A stretch of DNA of 64,000 bases from positions 74,503-138,502 of the IMG/VR virus record IMGVR_UViG_3300030090_007212, one strand, 5' to 3'. Every line of letters begins with the position of its first letter. Positions within the stretch are counted from its first letter, which is position 1. The notes beneath the pieces were generated by a model that ran no database searches, was not told where the DNA came from, and saw nothing but the letters and a program-made list of their open reading frames with translations. The translations under genes were made by a program, and so were the position numbers. Below, in pieces: positions 38,232 to 49,030 of the stretch. This stretch comes from a virus.

Positions 38232-40964
38232 AGAAAATTTATCTAAAATCCCATAATCCTCAAACATATATGTAGGGGATACCCCAATACTTTCCCAGAA
38301 ATCTAATTCTTCTGGTGTTATGGTTAATAAATCTTCAATAGTATCTTGATCACCATCCCCAAAGGGTTGTCCTGAAGTTAATTCTAATTGTTTTCTAGTA
38401 AAGTATTGTCTATGTAAAGGTGAAGTAATTAAAATATCATCTCTAACCTCCGGACTAAAACATACTAAAAGAGGTTTAATTCTTTTATTAAATGCGTCTA
38501 TATATCTTTCTATGTTATATACTCCCGTAGTTTCAGGATGATTTTCTATAATATCTTGAGAAATATATTGACAATTAATATGAACAGTTTTTTCTTTTGT
38601 TTTCTTATCGGTTTTAGTTTGAATGTCCCCATGGGATTTACGAGTGCCGGTATTAACATAATAAATGGTATCTCCTAAGTCTACGGTAAGATTTTCTTTA
38701 ATAATTAATTCCATATGTGCCTGTTTAGGAAGAGGATTACCTGCCTTATTTAATTGTTGTGCTCTTTTTTCATAATCTTTTACCGACATTCTTACCCTAG
38801 ATTTGTTTGCAATTTTAGAAAGGGGGATTTCTTGATTATAAATTCTTTCTATAGTGTCATAATAATCACTAATAAAATCATACCCATTACCATGTAATAA
38901 AAGATCTAAACCTCTATCTATAAATTCTGCAATATAAGTAGGTAATTTTTTAGATTTGATTGTATTACCCACTAATTTTACTTTCCCATCTATTAAATCT
39001 GCATAATTTTTACGGGCAATATTAATAGTTGCCTCACATATTTCGTCTACATCTAATCCCATCACACCTTTCATATATACATCATTATATTCCGCAACGA
39101 CCGCATCCATACCTTTATATGTTTTTCCTTTCTCATTGAATCTGTGTTTACCAGAAGAGGTATAGACATATTTATCTACATCTGAAGGGATTGAAAAGTT
39201 AAAACCATCAGTATCTCCTACTAAAGGTTTAAATCCTTTCTCATTAAAAAATCTAATCATATGACGTAAGTATTGTCTCCCTGTACATGTAATTTTTTCC
39301 CCCATATTAGTATCTCCCCATGGAAATACATTAGGTGCAGATATCGATCCAAACATACCATTATTTAATATTTTTAATGGTAATTGTTTTTTATCGTAAT
39401 AATCCGATTTTTCTTTTTCCCCTAATTTTGCGTGTTTAGATTTTAATTCTTTATATAAATTACGATAGTCATAATTATATTGTAGTAATCCTCTCATTGC
39501 ACCAGTGACATCGGATTCAGTAAACACATCATGAGTTAATTGTATAGAGGGGTATAGTGAGGCAAAATCGAATTTAACAACATTTTGACTATATCCTACT
39601 TCTAATAACCTAGAAAGTCCACCAGTAAATCCTTTAGTGGGCATTGTATGGGGAATACCTAAACCGTTTTTATATGCCCATCCTAACATAAGTAATTTCC
39701 ATGTGGCAGCAGTACCCATAGTAGAAGATCTCATAAAAGAAGTAGGTAATATTTTTGCCAATAAAAATGTTGCCTGATTAAATATATTATCTACCTTTTC
39801 TGTTTCCCATAAATCATCTATAAGATATCTTTCTACAATATATTGTCCGTTTACTACTTGACAACCATCAGGTATTTTACTTTCTAAAACACCCCAACTT
39901 CCATCTTCTTCGTTAAACCAATATTTATTATCTTCATCACTCCATACCTTATTAATTTTATCACCCGGAATATATACACGATTAGGTTTTGCGGCGTTAG
40001 AATATTTTGTAATATATTTAAGACTTGCCTGTTTTATTGAGGAATTAATTGCCTGTGCTCTTCTAACTGCATGATATACATCCATAATATTATATCCCCA
40101 CATTACGGTTTGTTCATAATATTCCATCTCTGGACCCATTTTTAAACTTTGTTTTTTTCTATAAAATGGGATTGGACCTAAAGTCTTTGCAATTTTACCC
40201 ATTTCTATACCTAATTGGTTTGCCCTTTCTACTATAAAATGCCAGTCAAAATTTTCTGAATTATATCCTGCGATAATGGCAGGTTTTAAATGGTGAATTA
40301 TTTTAAAAAAAGTAATAATTGCTTGGGATTCTCTCATCCTTAATTCTCTACGAGTTTCACCTTCGATAGATAAAACATGTTGGAATCCTCTATTATCTTT
40401 TATACCTATTTGAAATATACTACATTGTTTAGGGTCTAAACCAGTAGTCTCAATATCAAAAGATAATCTATGAACATCATCATATTCATCCATACCTTTA
40501 AATAAACGTTTACCAGATTGTATTAGAAATTGTTCAGTAGGGCTGATTGCTAAAAATTTATCCCTATGTTCTTCAGAATAAACTTCCATTTTACCTTGTT
40601 TGAAAAAGTTTAGTAAATCTCCGTAGGTTCCCCTACATGTAACTAAAAATTTATAACCATCTATTAATCTTGGGATTTCGTCTCCATTTTCATTTTTTAT
40701 GTCTAAAGGGATGAACTTTATACCAAATTCCCTCATTTTCTTTTTTATTTCTCTCCGATTACCTTCATAAAAAATAGACATATCTGGACTTTTCATCCAT
40801 AAAAAGGGTCTTAGTTTATGTTTTTCTATACGTTTACCTTTTTCTGGGTCATGTATTATTAAACTAATTTTATTTTCCCTATAAGACGATTCTACTCCTA
40901 CGATATATTTTTGATCATCGTAGCCTTCTAAATACTCTTTAATTTCTTCTACGGTTGCAGGCAT
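38196..40964 (-). CDS. DNA polymerase family B
   Basis: Exonuclease FDIET, GYNSENFD, Y...D; polymerase DFASLYPS, KILNNGMFG, GDTDG, KNYA. Confidence 0.96.
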   Translation of the reverse strand: MPATVEEIKEYLEGYDDQKYIVGVESSYRENKISLIIHDPEKGKRIEKHKLRPFLWMKSPDMSIFYEGNRREIKKKMREFGIKFIPLDIKNENGDEIPRLIDGYKFLVTCRGTYGDLLNFFKQGKMEVYSEEHRDKFLAISPTEQFLIQSGKRLFKGMDEYDDVHRLSFDIETTGLDPKQCSIFQIGIKDNRGFQHVLSIEGETRRELRMRESQAIITFFKIIHHLKPAIIAGYNSENFDWHFIVERANQLGIEMGKIAKTLGPIPFYRKKQSLKMGPEMEYYEQTVMWGYNIMDVYHAVRRAQAINSSIKQASLKYITKYSNAAKPNRVYIPGDKINKVWSDEDNKYWFNEEDGSWGVLESKIPDGCQVVNGQYIVERYLIDDLWETEKVDNIFNQATFLLAKILPTSFMRSSTMGTAATWKLLMLGWAYKNGLGIPHTMPTKGFTGGLSRLLEVGYSQNVVKFDFASLYPSIQLTHDVFTESDVTGAMRGLLQYNYDYRNLYKELKSKHAKLGEKEKSDYYDKKQLPLKILNNGMFGSISAPNVFPWGDTNMGEKITCTGRQYLRHMIRFFNEKGFKPLVGDTDGFNFSIPSDVDKYVYTSSGKHRFNEKGKTYKGMDAVVAEYNDVYMKGVMGLDVDEICEATINIARKNYADLIDGKVKLVGNTIKSKKLPTYIAEFIDRGLDLLLHGNGYDFISDYYDTIERIYNQEIPLSKIANKSRVRMSVKDYEKRAQQLNKAGNPLPKQAHMELIIKENLTVDLGDTIYYVNTGTRKSHGDIQTKTDKKTKEKTVHINCQYISQDIIENHPETTGVYNIERYIDAFNKRIKPLLVCFSPEVRDDILITSPLHRQYFTRKQLELTSGQPFGDGDQDTIEDLLTITPEELDFWESIGVSPTYMFEDYGILDKFSLDNKQTERSVL

Positions 40965-40982
40965 ACTTATAATGTTTAATTA

Positions 40983-40990
40983 CAAATATA
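40983..40990 (-). promoter_or_regulatory. Bacteroidota-type -7 element upstream of the polymerase
   Basis: TATATTTG 18 bp before the ATG. Confidence 0.6.
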
Positions 40991-41008
40991 CGAAAATTTT
41001 TTTAATTT

Positions 41009-41377
41009 TCAACTATCGAGGACGTTAATAAATAATTTATCTCTAATTGGTGCGATTAATGTTCCTGTCCCATCTAAAAATTCTATAACAAATTCTCCAT
41101 TGTATTTTCCCGGTTTTTTTGTATCTCTATCACTCCAATTATAGACAATATAATATTCGGGAGAATCTCCACCAATATCACAATCTTCACATTTTAATTC
41201 TATACTTGCAGGGGAGTTGGCGATTCTTTTAACATTGTTTTTAACATCCCACATATTAAATTTAATAGTAGCATTTTGTATTTTTTCGAAAAACATTCTA
41301 AAATCATTCCTACCATCATTAATAAGTTCCATTTTTAATGGGGGTAAATTACTATCTTTATTTATAAAAAATTCCAT
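41009..41377 (-). CDS. BppU-like baseplate/fibre attachment protein
   Basis: FFINKDSNLPPL...YNWSDRDT..PGKYNGEF.I.F...T...P...L.INV pattern. Confidence 0.65.
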   Translation of the reverse strand: MEFFINKDSNLPPLKMELINDGRNDFRMFFEKIQNATIKFNMWDVKNNVKRIANSPASIELKCEDCDIGGDSPEYYIVYNWSDRDTKKPGKYNGEFVIEFLDGTGTLIAPIRDKLFINVLDS

Positions 41378-41389
41378 ATCTTTATTTTT

Positions 41390-43681
41390 TTATACAATTG
41401 GCCAAGGCTCAACACTACCATCACCAATATCTACCGAACTTACATAATTAGAGATAAAAGGTTCCTCTGAACTACATGGAGGTTCCACCACCCCTAAAAT
41501 ACAGTTAACAGTACCTACCAGTAATTCTAATCCACCAGTTTCTGGACCAGCCACTAAGAAATTATCATATGGCTCGCCTTCTGCCTCATATTGGGACGAC
41601 ACTTCTTTTACCCCAAAATAATTAATCATCGCTTGACCCCATATTTCTACCACATCTAATACATTAAGTATAGAATCCGGCGCATAGTCATTAACAGTAC
41701 CTTCCCATCCAATATTATTAGTAGTAGTAGTATACCTAATAGTGGAAATTGGATTATCAATTAATACACTTCCATTATCTTCACTAATACTTAATGTACA
41801 TAATAAAGTAGATTCTTCACTAGTACCTAGAGTGGCACCTGCAAACGACCACATCGCTACTTTAGAAGTAGTTATTTCACTACCTTCTTCTAATGGTATT
41901 TCCGAAGTAGATTGAACCATAAATCCTGCATCTCCGGCTTCTCCCCCTTCTCCGGTGGCGGATATCACAGTAAATCCTGGTCTAAATTGTATGTTAACTC
42001 CACTTAATTCCGTATTACTGGTATAATACACCTCTACTATCCCTTCTTCTTCACCAGGTTGAAAAGAGAATGAGACTCCGGCTGGTGGTGCTGGTATACA
42101 CGATTCACCTTCACAACATTCAGAATCTTCCAATACTTCAAAATTAGTTATTCCTTCAGTAGGTTCTTCTTCAGGTACACATAACATAAAATTATAACAC
42201 TTCCATGTTTCCCCATCATCTGTACTCATTCTTACACAAGATGGTGGTGCGTAGATTCCTAATGGTCCTAGAGTAGTATTTTCCCATACTACTTGATCTT
42301 CTTCATCATCACATGCACTATATTTCCATTTTGGGTTTTGACCACAACAATCACAACCTTCTTCTTCAGTATAAATGGCTTGTGGTTCAAATACATCATG
42401 AGTTGATTCCCCTAATTCTTCGGTTACATAAAAACAAGTCTCTGCTAGTCCAGGAAGAGTTTCCGCGTTTATATAATTTCCTACATACTCACTCAAATCA
42501 GTATCCGTAAAAAACTCTGTTAAACCATCACAACCCATTAATTTATATGTAGTAGGTGGTTCACCCCCACATTCTATAGTTAGACAATCTACCACTATAA
42601 TATTTTCTAATGCCCCCACATTTGCGGGTTGTTTTATTTTATCCGCAGTAAAACACCCATCAGTGGTGGAAGAACTAAATGCAACACCTGGTGCCCATAA
42701 TTCGCTTTGTGTGGTAGTGATACCAACAATTTCTCCTAGACAATTAGTTAATTGCCAGTTATCTAAACACTCTTCACAACCTTCTAAATATACTGAATAA
42801 TTAATAGGTATTGTAGGTTCACAATCTTCAATACACTCAACCACGGTATAACAAATTCCTGTTTCCTTTTCTTTAATTGAGTGTCCTGTGTCAACATAAT
42901 CACTTAAATCAGTATCAGTATTAATGGGGATACCCTCCCATCCATCACATGGTACTAAAGTATATGTTGTAGCGGTACAAGCATTACATGTCTCATATTC
43001 ATTGGCAACTGGAACTTTTCCATCTAATGTCCATTCATCACATGTTTCCGTTACATTAAAACATCCCTCTACCTCTAATATCTTAATAATTTTACCTACA
43101 TAAGATGCTCCACCCCATGCTTCATAATTAACAACTTCCCATACTTCACCGGTTACGCAATTCGAAATTTTATAATTAGCGAAACAACAGTCTTCTATGG
43201 ATGTTACCTCTAAAGTTGGTTGTAAGGTGACTTCCCATCTAGTGGGTCCTTCACTGGCCAGTGTTACTACCTGACCCACATACTCACTAAGATTCTGAAG
43301 TGTTACAATATCATTTTTATTACCTTTACAATCCTTTAAAATATAGGTAGGTATAGAAACACTATTAGCGTTATCAAAATCAATATCTGTTTCAGTATCA
43401 GGAGATAAATTTACACTTCCTTTAAACGTGGTTTCACCATTAACTACTATCTCACCCATTTGAATTGGTGAACATCCTGATATACTGTGTACCCATAATT
43501 GATTGATACAAGTTGCTAAAGTATTACCTGTAAAAGTACTACTACCCCCACTTACTATAGCAGCAATTGCACCTAATGTAGTTTGGGAAGTAACATCATT
43601 CTCATTAACTAATACAAAAATATCAGTATTTTTTAAACTACCAGCATTAGGTAAATCACTTATTCTTTTTGGAAATCCCAT
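41390..43681 (-). CDS. Cys-rich repeat virion protein with C-terminal cohesin/dockerin-like segment
   Basis: 763 aa. N-terminal KRISDLP motif, about five Y.L..C...C..V...C..C repeats, C-terminal GGEAGDAGF..S and ILNVLDVV. Confidence 0.65.
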   Translation of the reverse strand: MGFPKRISDLPNAGSLKNTDIFVLVNENDVTSQTTLGAIAAIVSGGSSTFTGNTLATCINQLWVHSISGCSPIQMGEIVVNGETTFKGSVNLSPDTETDIDFDNANSVSIPTYILKDCKGNKNDIVTLQNLSEYVGQVVTLASEGPTRWEVTLQPTLEVTSIEDCCFANYKISNCVTGEVWEVVNYEAWGGASYVGKIIKILEVEGCFNVTETCDEWTLDGKVPVANEYETCNACTATTYTLVPCDGWEGIPINTDTDLSDYVDTGHSIKEKETGICYTVVECIEDCEPTIPINYSVYLEGCEECLDNWQLTNCLGEIVGITTTQSELWAPGVAFSSSTTDGCFTADKIKQPANVGALENIIVVDCLTIECGGEPPTTYKLMGCDGLTEFFTDTDLSEYVGNYINAETLPGLAETCFYVTEELGESTHDVFEPQAIYTEEEGCDCCGQNPKWKYSACDDEEDQVVWENTTLGPLGIYAPPSCVRMSTDDGETWKCYNFMLCVPEEEPTEGITNFEVLEDSECCEGESCIPAPPAGVSFSFQPGEEEGIVEVYYTSNTELSGVNIQFRPGFTVISATGEGGEAGDAGFMVQSTSEIPLEEGSEITTSKVAMWSFAGATLGTSEESTLLCTLSISEDNGSVLIDNPISTIRYTTTTNNIGWEGTVNDYAPDSILNVLDVVEIWGQAMINYFGVKEVSSQYEAEGEPYDNFLVAGPETGGLELLVGTVNCILGVVEPPCSSEEPFISNYVSSVDIGDGSVEPWPIV

Positions 43682-43722
43682 TTTAATTTTCTATTTCTAT
43701 ATAAATATGTTAATATTCTTTA

Positions 43723-45789
43723 TTATTCGTCGCACCAAGTTATAAAATCTTCACCGTCTTCACTAGATAAGGGACTACCGTCCTCCGTTTCTAAAAAACA
43801 ATCTAGGGGTAACGGACATATACCATAATTCGCACATAATTCATTAAATCTATATCTAATACTAGTAATATCTAAACAACATTCATATAATCTAAATTTA
43901 GATATATCACCAAAGAAAGTTCCTGCAAAGAACTTTTGCATATATAGATTTTCATCTAAAGGGTCTGGTCCACCAATAGTATTAGTCTCTAATAATCCTT
44001 GAGTCCCCCCACCTAAACTATAATTAAATGGAACCCCTTCTTGTTTTTCTCTATATTCTATTAAATCTCTAAAAATAAACTCATCAAAATCTTCTACACT
44101 ATATTTAAGATAACCATTTACGTAAAAATCTAATCTTCCTTTTCTTCTAGGTACATTAGAAATCTCATCTAATGGATAACCTTCATATGCACAGAACCTA
44201 ATGGCTAGTTGAATCCATTCATCTTCAGGTACTATTCCTTTTTTGGAGTAAGATTCATTTACAGTTACTCCAGTTATATATTTTTCTGTTACGGTAAGGG
44301 CAGTTATACTTCCTTTACAATTACAACTATTAGGTTCACCACATTCTTTACACCAAGGACCACATCCTCCAGTTCCATTATCTAAAGGAGTATTACATAC
44401 TTGACAATTACATCCAGAATTACAATCTCCGCATTGACATTGTTCTTTACAATCTGATATAGTAGTGGCGGTTACTGCGGAGCATACTCCACTTACCCCT
44501 AATGACCTATACCCTACACTACCATCATTTTTTATCCTAAATCCTAATGCATTATTAATTATATCTGCATTTTTATCTCTTTCATGTGTAGTTTCAGTAA
44601 TAATTCCTGGGAAACAACAACATCCTGTGGGTTGATAAACTAAAAATGGGTTATCTGTTAAAACTTCTTTTTTAACTAGAGGTGGTGGTAATGGATATCC
44701 TGATGTTGTAGTATATCCTGTTTCACCACTAAATACATCCCAAAATTTATTTTCTGCCCTTGTACCCATATAATAGAAAAATCCTTCGTTATTGGGATAT
44801 AAAGCGTTTAAAGTATTTCCTGTATTTATACATACTTTACTATTTTTTCTCATCCAAAACTCTGCAGTCCATCCTTGTTCGTAGCGTGTAGGTAATATTT
44901 GATAATCCCATGGTTTTGGTGCTTTATCATTATAACATTTAAATGCTTTACGTGGGTCAGGACAACATCCCCCTTTACCATCTCCTTTTCCTCCACAATT
45001 TGCGCACCAAGGACCACATCCTCCAGTTCCATTATCTAAAGGAGTATTACATACCTGACAATTACTATTACCACATCCATTACACGCACCTGTACTTCCA
45101 GGAATGAATAAAGGATTTGAGTCCCCACAACCACATCCTGAATTACATTGTCCACAACATGTGGAACCAGTAGTACCCGTAGAGGCACTTACAGGAGGAC
45201 AATCAGGTGGGCACGTAAACCAACTAATAGGCCATACAAACATATTGTCAGGCATTTCCTTATAAAAGGTTCTATCTGATAATTTAAAAAATCCTTGATA
45301 AAATCCCCCACATAATTCTACATATCTACCAACAGTGTTTGCAGAAGTGATAAATCTAGATGAATAATCATAGGTACATCCAGTTACTTTAGTAAAACAA
45401 AAATTAGTATCTCCTGATCCTATAGTGTAAGTAGACCCAGTGTAAGTATCTATAAAGGTTGTACTAGTTGTAGAAGCGTTACAATCATACTTTATAAACC
45501 CATTATCAATACCTGTTAATCCAATATCGTATAAAGTTAATCCTGTTGTTGGAACCGATAAACTTTCAAAACAAGAATCCCCTGACCAACTAACTAAACT
45601 ACACAAAGTATCACCACTAGCACATTTATCCACATCCACATCTATATCAATTATTAAACACGCTTCGAGAATTGATTCATGATCTAATCCACAACCACAA
45701 TCTGTACATAAAAAAAGATCCCAATAATCTGAATTACTTAAACGTAAATTAAAACAGTTATTGAAATTATTTTGGTTAATATTACTCAT
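43723..45789 (-). CDS. LamG/ConA-like virion protein with Cys-rich insertions
   Basis: GWTAEFW, WIQLAI, FYVNG, FFGDISKFRLY; two Cys/Gly clusters. Confidence 0.7.
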   Translation of the reverse strand: MSNINQNNFNNCFNLRLSNSDYWDLFLCTDCGCGLDHESILEACLIIDIDVDVDKCASGDTLCSLVSWSGDSCFESLSVPTTGLTLYDIGLTGIDNGFIKYDCNASTTSTTFIDTYTGSTYTIGSGDTNFCFTKVTGCTYDYSSRFITSANTVGRYVELCGGFYQGFFKLSDRTFYKEMPDNMFVWPISWFTCPPDCPPVSASTGTTGSTCCGQCNSGCGCGDSNPLFIPGSTGACNGCGNSNCQVCNTPLDNGTGGCGPWCANCGGKGDGKGGCCPDPRKAFKCYNDKAPKPWDYQILPTRYEQGWTAEFWMRKNSKVCINTGNTLNALYPNNEGFFYYMGTRAENKFWDVFSGETGYTTTSGYPLPPPLVKKEVLTDNPFLVYQPTGCCCFPGIITETTHERDKNADIINNALGFRIKNDGSVGYRSLGVSGVCSAVTATTISDCKEQCQCGDCNSGCNCQVCNTPLDNGTGGCGPWCKECGEPNSCNCKGSITALTVTEKYITGVTVNESYSKKGIVPEDEWIQLAIRFCAYEGYPLDEISNVPRRKGRLDFYVNGYLKYSVEDFDEFIFRDLIEYREKQEGVPFNYSLGGGTQGLLETNTIGGPDPLDENLYMQKFFAGTFFGDISKFRLYECCLDITSIRYRFNELCANYGICPLPLDCFLETEDGSPLSSEDGEDFITWCDE
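44351..45065. repeat. 61-bp direct repeat pair (44351-44411 and 45005-45065), one mismatch
   Basis: caccaaggaccacatcctccagttccattatctaaaggagtattacatac occurs twice; encodes NCQVCNTPLDNGTGGCGPWC. Confidence 0.9.
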
Positions 45790-45851
45790 TAATATAGTTT
45801 ATTAATAAATATTAAGAAATACTAATTAAAATCAATAAGATTTAATTATAG

Positions 45852-48800
45852 TTACACACCAGCGTAAATGATATAATTTAATACAATGTACGGTTGTAAA
45901 TTATTGTGTGGTGAACCATTACTATTAGAAGAAGCCGCACCAACATCCATAGTATGGGTATGTTCCCCATCAGGATTTAATTTACCATTATTCATAGCCC
46001 AATTAGAATCTTTTTCATCTACATCACCATTAGGGTAATATTGGTGACCACCTGTAAATACGCTGTTCTTATATCCCGCATCTAACCCACCTAAATTTCT
46101 TTGTGCATTTAATCGTTTAGAGTGGTGTAAATTTATTACATTAGTGGCTTGTTCTCTATCATTTGTATTAGTTTGATAAGTGGCTTGACCATCATGTACC
46201 CAACTAATTTCATGATGATGTTTACTACCACTATCATCATTAATTGTGTGAGTGTGTTCTTTATATGGTACTTCTGTATGACTTAATGTTACCGTTTTTT
46301 CACCACCCATATCACCTAAACTATTAAAATCACTATCACCATTATCTTTACCCACAGGTATTTTACCACTTAATAAGGGTACTCTAAAGTTATTTCCTCC
46401 ATCTAATGACGAGTCATCACCTTTATTACCAGGATTGAATGAGGGTTCTACTTGCCCATAAGTAAAACCAATTACATTAAATAAAAGAAAATAGTCATTA
46501 GGTTCATACGCTGCACCATCACACATTAACCAACCTGGAGGAGGAGTGTCACCAGCAAATTGTATTATACTACCTACAGGTACATTACTACCACCATTAG
46601 AAGAAGGCGTTTGCCAACTCGCCAATCCGTTAGCGTCTGATGTTAAAACTTTGTTATTACCTTGTGACCCATCTACTATTTTAATTTGTCCATTAATATG
46701 TAAATCTACATCAGGTGAACTTTGATTAATACCTACCTTATCATTTGCAATGTCTATTGTCATTGTTTCTCTACTATCAGAAGGCCAAGATATGGAATGA
46801 CTTTGGAATGTTATTTTAGAATCAGATTGTAAAGATAATATAGCGGTATTGTCCCTATTAGTTGCACCTAATATGTTTATTTTGTTAATACCAGAATTCA
46901 TTGCTACTGCGTTATAATCAATATTTTCACCATTATTGGTAAAATATGTAGTTAACTCTATCGCAATTTCTCCTTCTGGTTTTTCTGTAGTATTTGCCGC
47001 CCTAGTTTGCCAACTTGATGAACTATTCGCACCACCGCTCTGGGGTCTATGTTGAAGGATAACATTATTTGTTTTATTACCAACACCGGAAACACCACCA
47101 AATGAAAATATACTATCATTACTAGTCATAGTTAAAACATCATTTCTATTAGTTTCTTTTAAGTGAGTAGTACCTTCCACAGATAATGAATGAGCACCTA
47201 ATGGTCCAATACCACCTATACCAACTTGACCATTTTGTGCAGATAACGCCATAGTGCCGGGACTATTTATTAAATTAATAGCACCATTTGATTCTGTATT
47301 CCAAATATAGAAATCCTCAGTTTTATCGCTAATAAAACCAACTTTTGCCTTTGTTCCTGCAGAGTCAGTATAATCAATAAAATTACCACCTGCATTAGCT
47401 ATAGTTTCTAATGTTAGAATTGCATTATTATCTTTTACATGTAATTTACTTTGTGGGGTATCTTTACCAATCCCCACATTACCTGTTGGTTCGGAATACA
47501 TATCATTACCAGAAATTTTCCAATCCGCATCCGAACTATTACCTCCACCTGCCAATGAAGATAAATCGACATTATAATCTGTACCGGTGTTTAACCCTAA
47601 TTGTAATATATTTCCCGCTAAGCTCGCACTGGCAAGATAAGTATCTGCACCCCCACCTGCCAATGATGATAAATCAATAGTTTGTTGTGGTGCTTCTCCA
47701 CAACCATCTGGTGTGGAATGAACCAAAGTTAAAATGTTTGTGGCATCATCAAAAAGTAAATTAGAAACGTAATTATCTCTTATCAATTGACTAACATCGA
47801 TGTCTATTTCACTCGCATCTGACATTATTAATTTTAAAATTTTAGTATTACACCTACCATTAGGGGTACCATCTAATAATCCTCCACTAACCAAATATTT
47901 ATCCTCACCTAAATCTACATTTTGTAACAAGGTAGATAAATCTTCCCACGATGCTAATCCACTCGCATCCGAAGTTAATACTTTTTCAACCCCTTCACTC
48001 CCATCTACAATTTTAACTTGACCATCTACATGTAACTTACTATCTGGGGTTGAAGTTCCAATACCTACATTACCAATTGATCTATAAATGTTGTTTCCAC
48101 TAGGTTTAGGTGACCATAAATTAGTATCATCTAATAAATCTGAAAGATCTATTGATGAAACTGATGATCCATCACTTAATAATAAATCTAAATTAGTGCC
48201 ATTTAATTGCCCCGAACTTACATATGTATTAGTATCGGCAACCATACCTCCTACTAACTCACTTAAATTTACTGTATTGCCGTTTGAAATAGTTAAATCA
48301 TAAGTACTCCCATTCCAAGTTAATTGTTGAAAATCTAAATCTCTATGGGTAATAGTAGATACTACTCTACCTTCACTATCAAGTAAGGATATTTCTGCTG
48401 TCTTACTATTATAAGATAATGTATAAGAATTATCTCGTATATCTTCCCATGTGGCTAAACCATCTGCGTCTGATGTTAAAACTTTATTGTTACCTTGTGT
48501 CCCATCTACTATTTTAATTTGTCCATTAAGTTGTGCGTAATTTTTTTCTCTATCGTTAGAATCTTTCCAAAGTAAAAATACTCTATCCCAATCAATATCA
48601 TCCCCTTCTACAAAACCGTCTTTTTGGTTACTAATATTAAACACATATCGTCCTCCACCATTTCCATAAAACGCCAATAACCCTGCATGTGCCTGATTAC
48701 TAGTAGGGTTATGTGAAAAAGGATAAGTAGTGTGACCAGACAATTCTAAATTCCCCTCAAAACTACCAGGTTCTTTAACTGCATTAAAAAGTAAACCATG

Positions 48801-49007
48801 TGACCCCGACCAACTGTCTTGCACTAATTCAAAATACGTATTCCATGCCCCATCAGCAGCATTAAACGATAAAACATCATCCTGTTTAGATTTACGAGCA
48901 CCTTTACCAAAATGTGCGCCGCCATATACTAGTAAGGTAGATTCTCCCGCATCATAAGTTCCCACACTTACTTTATTATTTACATTTAAGTTACCTATTA
49001 GTTTCAT
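45852..49007 (-). CDS. Tail fibre protein with collar domain
   Basis: PVGSIIQFAG..PPGWLMCDG, HTH motifs, HNNLQPYIVLNYII; repeated GNVGIG and GQIKIVDG.QG..KVLTSDA.GLA.W units. Confidence 0.85.
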   Translation of the reverse strand: MKLIGNLNVNNKVSVGTYDAGESTLLVYGGAHFGKGARKSKQDDVLSFNAADGAWNTYFELVQDSWSGSHGLLFNAVKEPGSFEGNLELSGHTTYPFSHNPTSNQAHAGLLAFYGNGGGRYVFNISNQKDGFVEGDDIDWDRVFLLWKDSNDREKNYAQLNGQIKIVDGTQGNNKVLTSDADGLATWEDIRDNSYTLSYNSKTAEISLLDSEGRVVSTITHRDLDFQQLTWNGSTYDLTISNGNTVNLSELVGGMVADTNTYVSSGQLNGTNLDLLLSDGSSVSSIDLSDLLDDTNLWSPKPSGNNIYRSIGNVGIGTSTPDSKLHVDGQVKIVDGSEGVEKVLTSDASGLASWEDLSTLLQNVDLGEDKYLVSGGLLDGTPNGRCNTKILKLIMSDASEIDIDVSQLIRDNYVSNLLFDDATNILTLVHSTPDGCGEAPQQTIDLSSLAGGGADTYLASASLAGNILQLGLNTGTDYNVDLSSLAGGGNSSDADWKISGNDMYSEPTGNVGIGKDTPQSKLHVKDNNAILTLETIANAGGNFIDYTDSAGTKAKVGFISDKTEDFYIWNTESNGAINLINSPGTMALSAQNGQVGIGGIGPLGAHSLSVEGTTHLKETNRNDVLTMTSNDSIFSFGGVSGVGNKTNNVILQHRPQSGGANSSSSWQTRAANTTEKPEGEIAIELTTYFTNNGENIDYNAVAMNSGINKINILGATNRDNTAILSLQSDSKITFQSHSISWPSDSRETMTIDIANDKVGINQSSPDVDLHINGQIKIVDGSQGNNKVLTSDANGLASWQTPSSNGGSNVPVGSIIQFAGDTPPPGWLMCDGAAYEPNDYFLLFNVIGFTYGQVEPSFNPGNKGDDSSLDGGNNFRVPLLSGKIPVGKDNGDSDFNSLGDMGGEKTVTLSHTEVPYKEHTHTINDDSGSKHHHEISWVHDGQATYQTNTNDREQATNVINLHHSKRLNAQRNLGGLDAGYKNSVFTGGHQYYPNGDVDEKDSNWAMNNGKLNPDGEHTHTMDVGAASSNSNGSPHNNLQPYIVLNYIIYAGV

Positions 49008-49030
49008 TGTGTTTTATTTATAAATATATG

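Noticed and set aside
34593-40964. Inteins or introns in the helicase or polymerase
   Set aside because: Motif spacing and lengths are ordinary; no splice-junction or homing endonuclease motifs were seen.
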